Source: Candidatus Nanopelagicales bacterium (GTDB lineage: Bacteria; Actinomycetota; Actinomycetes; S36-B12). Taken from it: DNA of 59,128 nucleotides. The notes below the pieces were generated by a model. That model did no database searches. It had not been told where the DNA came from and was given only the letters and a program-made list of their open reading frames with translations. The translations under genes were made by a program, and so were the position numbers. Positions 36,464 through 43,469 of the stretch are shown in pieces. The stretch covers positions 1 to 59,128 of the forward strand of contig JALRGY010000003.1 in NCBI GenBank assembly GCA_023253325.1, written 5' to 3'. Positions within the stretch are counted from its first letter, which is position 1. Every line of letters starts with the position of its first letter.

Positions 36464-38143
36464 CTACTTGATGCGAATTGGCTTGGACATGGTGGAAATC
36501 GGGTAGACCGTGGTCTGCTCGACCCTCGGGGTGTAAACAGCCTTCAGGGTGTAATAGCCCTTGGGCAGCGACCGTGGGATCCGCTTTACCTTCTTTGCAA
36601 TCCCATTCCCTTTAACCCACTTGCCCTTTGCAATGACGAGCACCTCGAGTCCGGCAGCATTCACAATGCTCATGCGTACTTTGCCCTTAACCGAGTTGCT
36701 ACTAAATATCGTGCGGAATAATCTGCGATCTCCTCGCTTGATGGCCTTAGCGGCTTTGAGAGTTGCAGTCACCCCAGGAACGAGTTGCACAGTTTGTGCA
36801 CCAACAACCGGTGTCGGTGGCAATTTGGGCGGTAACCCATCAATAGCAAGGCGCGCACTCTTGTCTGCAACATTTGATGTTCCATTGAGGTTCGTTGCCT
36901 TGACAGAGACCCGAACAAATTGGCTCGCATCGTCATCCGTCAGAACGTAGGAGTCCTTGGTTGCTCCAGTGATCGCCTGACATGATGCGTCAGTGTTCGC
37001 ACTGCAACGTTCCCATTGGTAGGTGTAAGACGATGGCAGGTAATTCCACTTACCAGGATTTGCCGTCACGGTGGCGCCAGTTTTTGTGCTCGTTGCCGTC
37101 AGATTGGGGTCCGCATCTGGTGTTGGAACAACACCTGTCAGTAGTCGACCCAGGTTGTTCGATGTCTTGCTGGTAAACCACATGTTGCCATCAACACCGG
37201 CGGCGATTCCAAAAGGACCGGTGTTCGATCCTGGCAGAATAAACTCGGTTGCAATGCCTGCGGTGGTCACGCGGCTGATCCGATTGGCACCCGGCTGCGT
37301 CACCCACAGATCTCCCTGCGCCCCCAAAGCAATTTGCTCAGGCAGCGAATTTGCCGTTGGGAGCGAGAACTCAGCAAGTAAACCCTTGGCGCTCATGCGA
37401 CCAAGTCGGTTTCCGTCTCGCTCGGTGAACCAGAGATTGTTGTCTTCGCCGAGAGTGATGTCCGTGGGGGCTGATTTTGAGTTCGGGAGTGCATACGGGG
37501 TCAAAACTCCTGATGTGGTCATGCGACCAATGGTGTTTCCTGTCTGCATGGTGATCCACAGCGCACCATCAGGTCCTGTCACGATAGCTGTGGGACCACT
37601 GTCGGCAGGCAGGGCAAACTCGGTAATCGCACCAGTTTTGGTGATTCGCCCAATTTTGTTTCCAGCAAATTCGGTGAACCACATGGCTCCATCGGGGCCT
37701 GCTGTGATCCCCATGGGCTGGGAGTCCTTGGTGGGAATGTCATATGCCTGATAGGTATTGGTGTCGGCATTGAAGGCGCCGATTCGGTTACCGAGACGCT
37801 CGGTGAGCCACATGCGCGAGTCGGAACCCAATGCGAAACTGTGAGACCCCGCATTCGCATCGCCGTTTGCAATGGCGATGGTTGCCATCACCCCGGTCGG
37901 AGTTGCTTTAGCAACTTGATCCACGGCGCTCATCGCAATCCACATCGCACCCGAGTTATCAAGGGCTAGGCCCTCAGGGGCGGCATTGGCAAATGCAAGG
38001 GGAAAATTCGTGACATCGCCCGTTGCTGCCTGCGCCGTAGTGCTCGAGGCAACCAAGCCGACACCACTGGCAATCAGTCCGAGGGACATGGACATGGACA
38101 CTATTTTTCGCGGTACTGCGCGATTCAGGGGAAGTATGTGCAT
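36464..38143 (-). CDS. secreted seven-bladed beta-propeller protein with Vgb (streptogramin B lyase)-like repeats plus a C-terminal Ig-like domain and a basic tail
   Basis: Signal peptide ending AQA-A. Seven repeats of about 42 aa of the form P.GI..GPDGAMWFTE..GN.IGR.T..G...EF.LP. Then an Ig-like YTYQWERC...C..ITGAT module. Start trimmed to MHILPLNR (GGAGG just upstream). The ORF-track start is 38185. Confidence 0.75.
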   Translation of the reverse strand: MHILPLNRAVPRKIVSMSMSLGLIASGVGLVASSTTAQAATGDVTNFPLAFANAAPEGLALDNSGAMWIAMSAVDQVAKATPTGVMATIAIANGDANAGSHSFALGSDSRMWLTERLGNRIGAFNADTNTYQAYDIPTKDSQPMGITAGPDGAMWFTEFAGNKIGRITKTGAITEFALPADSGPTAIVTGPDGALWITMQTGNTIGRMTTSGVLTPYALPNSKSAPTDITLGEDNNLWFTERDGNRLGRMSAKGLLAEFSLPTANSLPEQIALGAQGDLWVTQPGANRISRVTTAGIATEFILPGSNTGPFGIAAGVDGNMWFTSKTSNNLGRLLTGVVPTPDADPNLTATSTKTGATVTANPGKWNYLPSSYTYQWERCSANTDASCQAITGATKDSYVLTDDDASQFVRVSVKATNLNGTSNVADKSARLAIDGLPPKLPPTPVVGAQTVQLVPGVTATLKAAKAIKRGDRRLFRTIFSSNSVKGKVRMSIVNAAGLEVLVIAKGKWVKGNGIAKKVKRIPRSLPKGYYTLKAVYTPRVEQTTVYPISTMSKPIRIK

Positions 38144-38328
38144 GACCTCCACGGTGCCATAGTCAAAGGCTCGACCCAAGAACATGAGTCTTTGCTCGTG
38201 TCGCTAGGGCATTACTTGACCGAGAGTTCGTCCTCGGGCACCGCAAATATAAATGAGGCCAGGCGCGCAAAGCCAGTGCATAGACCCTTGATTCAGTGGT
38301 CACTGCACGAGTATGGCTGGGCAGGGGA

Positions 38329-38556
38329 CTAGCCGCCGCACATAGGGTTCTGATTTACGTTTTGGGTGCTGGGCTCACAGCCTCCACCTAAGCCCGTGCC
38401 CCCAGCCACAGCCTCCAGATCGGTGTCGGTGAGATCTTCATTGTGGTCTGGCTGCGGCTCATTCATGAGCGTAGTGTGCACCACTCCAATGGGAATCTGC
38501 AGGAGCCCAAAGCGGCTGAACTTCTGGTTCGTGTCCATGCCGCATCCGTTTCCCAC
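38329..38556 (-). CDS. small ORF encoding a canonical double-glycine leader peptide and a 22-aa Gly/Cys-containing core (candidate bacteriocin/RiPP precursor)
   Basis: ...MNEPQPDHNEDLTDTDLEAVAGG / TGLGGGCEPSTQNVNQNPMCGG. LTDTDLEAVAGG fits the LSxxELxxIxGG leader consensus at every conserved position. Possible starts are GTG 38556, ATG 38538 and ATG 38466. Confidence 0.55.
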   Translation of the reverse strand: MGNGCGMDTNQKFSRFGLLQIPIGVVHTTLMNEPQPDHNEDLTDTDLEAVAGGTGLGGGCEPSTQNVNQNPMCGG

Positions 38557-38625
38557 GGCCCCACTTTCGAGTATCTGGAGAGCTGAAGAAAATCAGCACC
38601 GTAGTCCTAGATCTCAATTGAAGAA

Positions 38626-40155
38626 TTACACGTGCGCGGCATTCACCGCGTCACCCTTGGCCATGTCCTTCTTACTCATGTTCACGAGACTGACCCAAAT
38701 GATTGCGGCACCGACCAAGATGATCGCACTCCAACCAAATGCATCGGTGAATCCTTCAACGAGAGCATCAGGTGTTGGACCTTGAAGTTGGTTTGCCACG
38801 ATGTAAGCGGCAGTGGCAGATGTCGCAATGGTGTTCAGGAATGCGATGCCCACCGAGCCACCAATTTGCTGGCTTGTGTTCAAAACGGCAGACGCAACAC
38901 CAGCATCGTGGTCACCAACGGCGTAAAGCGCGGTTGCCGAAAGCGGTACAAAGATCAATCCCATTCCGAGGGAGATGAGAATCATGGGAGGCAAAATTCC
39001 AGACACATAAGAAGTGTCGGCCGCCATCTTTGTGAACCAGGCAAGTCCGGAGATGGCAAGTATGAAACCGCCAAAGGTGACAAAGCGTGGTCCAAAACGT
39101 GGGAGTAATTGACTCGCAATTCCAGCACTGACAATCACACCTGCAGAGAATGGCAGGAATAGCATTCCTGATTTGAGGGCGGAATAACCCAAGACTGCTT
39201 GGAAGAAGTAGGTGAGGAACAGGAACATGGAGAAAATTCCAATACCGACGAAGAAGCTCGCAAGATAGGCGCCACCACGGTTGCGGTTACGAATTATCTT
39301 CAGTGGCAACAGCGGATGCGATGAACGCATTTCAATGAAGATGAACAGTGTCAAGAGCGCAAGACCAAGACCCATGAAGCCGAGGGTTGTTTGACCGGTC
39401 CAGCCATTGGCTTCAGCCTGCGTGATGCCGTAAACCAAAGAGACAAGACCGAGGGTCGCGGTCACAGCGCCGGGGATGTCGTACTTAGTGTCTCCGTGAG
39501 CACGACTTTCATGCACAAAAGGAATAGCGAGAAGCACGGCGAAAATTGCGATGGGAACGTTCACCCACAGGGTCCAGTGCCAGGAAACGAATTCGGTGAG
39601 CACGCCACCCATGACTAGACCAATTGCCGCACCGGCACCCGAGATCGCACCGTAGACACCGAACGCTCGCGCACGTTCTTTGGATTCGGTGAAAGTGACA
39701 GAGATCAAGCTGAGCGCAGCGGGTGCCAGCAACGCAGCGAAAACGCCTTGTAATCCGCGAGCGGCGAAAAGCATTGCACTGTTGACTGCCAATCCACCGA
39801 GCGCAGAAGCACCCGCGAATCCCAGTAGGCCCACTATCAACATTCGCTTGCGACCTGCGAAGTCGGCGATACGCCCACCAAGTAGGAGCAGACCTCCGAA
39901 TGCGAGGGTGTAAGCCGTCACGACCCATTGGCGCTGTACGTCATCAAAGCCAAGATCGGCCTGCATAGTTGGCAATGCGATGTTCACGATTGACGCATCA
40001 AGAACCACCATCAACTGAGCGATGGCGATCACGATCAGCGCGCGCCACCGATTGGGATCTGGAACAACAGCAGCGGAAAGGGGGACGGCGGACGCGCTCA
40101 CGAGGACTCCTGACAAAAAGCATTGATGCCGCGCATCAGATAGTTGCGCGTTCAA
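38626..40155 (-). CDS. MFS transporter, DHA2 (EmrB/QacA) family, 14 TMS
   Basis: Motif A-like GGRIADFAGRKR, about 14 hydrophobic segments, 509 aa. The start is uncertain. Confidence 0.85.
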   Translation of the reverse strand: MNAQLSDARHQCFLSGVLVSASAVPLSAAVVPDPNRWRALIVIAIAQLMVVLDASIVNIALPTMQADLGFDDVQRQWVVTAYTLAFGGLLLLGGRIADFAGRKRMLIVGLLGFAGASALGGLAVNSAMLFAARGLQGVFAALLAPAALSLISVTFTESKERARAFGVYGAISGAGAAIGLVMGGVLTEFVSWHWTLWVNVPIAIFAVLLAIPFVHESRAHGDTKYDIPGAVTATLGLVSLVYGITQAEANGWTGQTTLGFMGLGLALLTLFIFIEMRSSHPLLPLKIIRNRNRGGAYLASFFVGIGIFSMFLFLTYFFQAVLGYSALKSGMLFLPFSAGVIVSAGIASQLLPRFGPRFVTFGGFILAISGLAWFTKMAADTSYVSGILPPMILISLGMGLIFVPLSATALYAVGDHDAGVASAVLNTSQQIGGSVGIAFLNTIATSATAAYIVANQLQGPTPDALVEGFTDAFGWSAIILVGAAIIWVSLVNMSKKDMAKGDAVNAAHV

Positions 40156-40166
40156 GTAACCACTGG

Positions 40167-41693
40167 ATGGTACATGATGATCCCGTGAGTCATGCGGTGG
40201 TTATCTCCTTCGATCAATTGAGTCTCACCCATGGGGCGTTGGCAAGCGCCGACCCGCAAACTGATCACGTTGTTTTCATCGAGAGCGTCTCCATGCTCAC
40301 GTCTAGGAGTTGGCACGCACAACGACTCTATTTCCTACTCTCTGCTGCCGAGCATTTCCGGCAGGAACTGGTCCAACGCGGTTTCACTGTTACTTACATT
40401 GCCAGTGACACGTTCGCTAGCGGAGTTGACCAGTTCATCCGGGCAAATCCCGGAGTGGCACTTCGGGCTACAACTCCCAGCTCGCGAGCGCAGAAAGAAT
40501 TACTCCTCAAACTGGGCGTAGAGCTACTCCCCAACGATTTGTTCCTCACACCCCACGATGACTTTGTGGAGTGGGCGTCGGGCTACAAGTCGCTGACCAT
40601 GGAGTACTTCTATCGATGGCAGCGCAAGCGGCTCGATCTCCTCATGGATGGTAACCAGCCAGAAGGTGGCCAATGGAACTTCGATGCCGACAATCGCTTG
40701 CCTCCGCCAAAGAACCGCAAAGGCCAAGCCCCGCACATGTGGCCGCAACCGCTGCATTTTGAATTCGATGACATTGATTTAGCGTCAATAGATCGCCTCA
40801 ACGAATTCACCGCGTGGGGTGACATGCCCAACGGGACATGGGCAACAACGCGACAGGGTGCATTGAAACAACTGGATCACTTTGTGACAAATGCGCTCGC
40901 GGATTTCGGTCCATATGAGGACGCAATGCCCACTGATACGTGGACGGTCAACCACTCCTTGATCAGCCCCTACTTGAACATCGGCTTACTACACCCCAGT
41001 GAAGTTGTTGCCGCAGCGATTGAAAGATACGAACAAGGCGGCGTGCCCATTCAATCGATTGAGGGTTTCATCCGGCAGGTAATCGGCTGGCGCGAATACA
41101 TCAATGGCGTCTATTGGCTTTTCGAGAACGACTACAGGGAGCAAAATCAACTCAACGCTCAACGTTCGCTGTTGCCCCTCTTTGAAGATTCCGAATCAAC
41201 TCAAATGAATTGCATGCGCACAGTGATCAGTGACGTCGAACTAAGAGCATGGACACATCACATTCCACGCCTGATGCTCCTGGCCAACCTCGCGCTGCTC
41301 ACGGGAGTCAACCCGCAGGAATTTCTCGACTGGATGCGCCGCTCCTTTATCGATGCGGCGGATTGGGTCATGGTTCCCAATGTGATTGGTATGGGTGTCC
41401 ATGCTGATGGTGGTCGCATGATGACCAAGCCCTACGCGGCAGGGGGTGCATACATCTCGCGCATGAGTAACTTCTGCGGTGGCTGCGTGTATGACCCAAA
41501 GAAGCGCACTGGTGATGACGCCTGCCCATTCACCACACTCTATTGGGATTTCCTCGACCGGAATCGGCAGGAATTTTCAGGAAACCATCGCATGGGCCAG
41601 CAACTGCGAGGTCTCGATCGATTGAGCGAGCTAGAAGAAATCCGCTCTCGAGCCAAGGACGTCATCCAAGGACTCGAACGTGGAGAAATTTAA
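40167..41693 (+). CDS. cryptochrome/photolyase family protein, FeS-BCP / (6-4) photolyase PhrB-like
   Basis: Cys pattern C-x87-C-x2-C-x12-C (NCMRTV...FCGGCVYDPKKRTGDDACPF) matches the 4Fe-4S ligand spacing of the FeS-BCP class. Start trimmed to the first ATG past the divergent MFS gene. The ORF-track start is 39969. Confidence 0.8.
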   Translation: MVHDDPVSHAVVISFDQLSLTHGALASADPQTDHVVFIESVSMLTSRSWHAQRLYFLLSAAEHFRQELVQRGFTVTYIASDTFASGVDQFIRANPGVALRATTPSSRAQKELLLKLGVELLPNDLFLTPHDDFVEWASGYKSLTMEYFYRWQRKRLDLLMDGNQPEGGQWNFDADNRLPPPKNRKGQAPHMWPQPLHFEFDDIDLASIDRLNEFTAWGDMPNGTWATTRQGALKQLDHFVTNALADFGPYEDAMPTDTWTVNHSLISPYLNIGLLHPSEVVAAAIERYEQGGVPIQSIEGFIRQVIGWREYINGVYWLFENDYREQNQLNAQRSLLPLFEDSESTQMNCMRTVISDVELRAWTHHIPRLMLLANLALLTGVNPQEFLDWMRRSFIDAADWVMVPNVIGMGVHADGGRMMTKPYAAGGAYISRMSNFCGGCVYDPKKRTGDDACPFTTLYWDFLDRNRQEFSGNHRMGQQLRGLDRLSELEEIRSRAKDVIQGLERGEI

Positions 41694-41801
41694 CAGCGAT
41701 GACCATAGTGAATGGTTCACGTGGACAACGATAAAACTCAACCCTGAAAGTCACAGTTCAAAAATCCTTGTGAGATGCAGGGCCCAGGCAGTTACGGCCT
41801 G

Positions 41802-41837
41802 TTAGTACATGGGCTAGTACATGGGCTAGTACATGGG
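41802..41837. repeat. 3 x 12-bp tandem repeat (c/t)tagtacatggg duplicating the last three codons plus stop of the proline-racemase-family gene
   Basis: On the minus strand this reads CCC ATG TAC TAG / CCC ATG TAC TAG / CCC ATG TAC TAA, that is PMY-stop three times in frame. The first unit is the real gene end. Confidence 0.9.
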
Positions 41838-42884
41838 CCAGGTATCAGAAACTCGATACCCCGAGGGCCATGGGTCCGCCGGGTCAACGTAGAACTGACT
41901 GGTGCCGTAAATGTAGGCCTGCCCCTGAATCGATGGAACTATCGCAGGAACGCCAGCGAGATCTAACGGCTCAACAATGGAACCAGTGAACTCTGAACCA
42001 ATAATTGAGCGGCCAATAAACTCGTCACCGACACTCATTTCACCTCGACTGTGCATTACTGCCATGAGTGCACTGCACCCTGTTCCAGTGGGCGATCTAT
42101 CAAGTTTTCCCGGATTAATCACACACACGTTCGTGGATGTCAACTGATTCCGTTCATTGCGACTCCGAGGGCCAGTGAAATATGTAAATGAATGATGCCT
42201 CCATTCAGGTATTTCAGGATGCACAAAGTCCAATTGATCATTGGCTGCAGCACGAATGCTCATTCCGATGCGGGCCAGATCGTGCGCCTCGGAGGGCACG
42301 AGATCAAAGCCCAAATCACGCGCTTCAGTCATGACAAAACTGTCACCACCAAAAGCGGTCGTGACCGTGATTGTTCCCAATCCCTCGACTTCAATTGGCA
42401 CTAAATCGTGCATGACAAAACTTGGCAGGTTATTCAGCCGAACAGACGTGACTTTGCCATCTTTACAACTGGCGCGCACTGTGACTAAACCTGCCGGCGC
42501 CTCAAGGACTATGTCAGTAACCGGCTCGCTCATGGGAACAATGCCAGTTTCCAAGAGCACAGTTGCCACGCACATTGTGTTTGATCCTGACATTGGAGGT
42601 GTATCTCCCGGCTCCATAATGATGAAAGCTGCATCAGCGTCAGGATTGATGGGAGGAACCAAGAGGTTGTAATGACGAAATACGCCGCCACGTGGTTCAT
42701 TGAGCAGAAAATTGCGCAGTGAATCGTCACTTGCAATGAAGCGCGATTGTTCCCATACCGATGCACCAGGAGGTGGCGCTACTCCTCCGACAACGACGTC
42801 GCCTACTTCACCCTCAGCATGTACATGAACAACATGCACTATTTTTCCCGTTTTCACGTGAACAGGTTCTAATTCATCTGCCAA
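41826..42884 (-). CDS. proline racemase / hydroxyproline epimerase / 3-hydroxyproline dehydratase family protein (non-canonical catalytic pair)
   Basis: Family motifs HAEGE, NEPRGG, PMSGSNTM (in place of MCGH) and DRSPTGTG (in place of DRSPCGTG), 352 aa. Confidence 0.8.
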   Translation of the reverse strand: MADELEPVHVKTGKIVHVVHVHAEGEVGDVVVGGVAPPPGASVWEQSRFIASDDSLRNFLLNEPRGGVFRHYNLLVPPINPDADAAFIIMEPGDTPPMSGSNTMCVATVLLETGIVPMSEPVTDIVLEAPAGLVTVRASCKDGKVTSVRLNNLPSFVMHDLVPIEVEGLGTITVTTAFGGDSFVMTEARDLGFDLVPSEAHDLARIGMSIRAAANDQLDFVHPEIPEWRHHSFTYFTGPRSRNERNQLTSTNVCVINPGKLDRSPTGTGCSALMAVMHSRGEMSVGDEFIGRSIIGSEFTGSIVEPLDLAGVPAIVPSIQGQAYIYGTSQFYVDPADPWPSGYRVSDTWPMY

Positions 42885-43465
42885 GGACCAGTTGCAACAA
42901 CTGCCACATACTTAGTGCCTGGTGGCAAGTAGGCCTTGCCTGTGAAGGGTCCTGCCTGGTCAATCAGGGAAAACCCACTCATCCCTTTTGCAGAGATGGG
43001 GAAGACCTTGAATAACCCTTGGCCCTGAAAGGTAAACTTCTTGACCAGGGTTCCGCTTGCTCGCTTTTTGAGTTGAATCACTTGGGAGTTAACGCCCCTC
43101 GTCACTTTCGGAGCACGTGCCAGAGGCTTGACAACTACGCTCCACGGTCCAGGTGCAGTCACTCTCGCAGCGATTACCGGCTTACTTTCCTGCTCCTGAA
43201 AGACCGTTCCCGCCCAAGGTCCAATCGAATTCACCCACGCAAAAGTCTTTCCGCCACCCTTGAGAACCGGTTTTACTTTCACCGGGCCGTCACCTTCAGA
43301 CCTGATCTCAACTATGACAGGCTCCGTGATCGGTGCCAGCTTGGCGGATGCAATTCCCTCACCTCGAACAATTTGGTCAGCGAGGGCGGTGCTCAGACCG
43401 GTGGTGGATATGAGACCCACGAGTACCGCACATACAACCGCTTTGGCTCGGAGATTCGGTGTCAT
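42869..43465 (-). CDS. secreted hypothetical protein (198 aa)
   Basis: N-terminal signal peptide (AVVCAVLVGLISTTGLSTALA-DQ). I recognise no family. It lies tightly between flanking genes (4-nt gap, 16-nt overlap). Confidence 0.5.
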   Translation of the reverse strand: MTPNLRAKAVVCAVLVGLISTTGLSTALADQIVRGEGIASAKLAPITEPVIVEIRSEGDGPVKVKPVLKGGGKTFAWVNSIGPWAGTVFQEQESKPVIAARVTAPGPWSVVVKPLARAPKVTRGVNSQVIQLKKRASGTLVKKFTFQGQGLFKVFPISAKGMSGFSLIDQAGPFTGKAYLPPGTKYVAVVATGPWQMN

Positions 43466-43469
43466 AATT

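Noticed and set aside
39969-40166. N-terminal 66-codon extension of the photolyase ORF overlapping the MFS gene.
   Set aside because: The extension is Arg-rich, is antisense to the well-supported MFS N-terminus, and does not resemble photolyase N-termini. The first ATG past the MFS start gives a normal protein.
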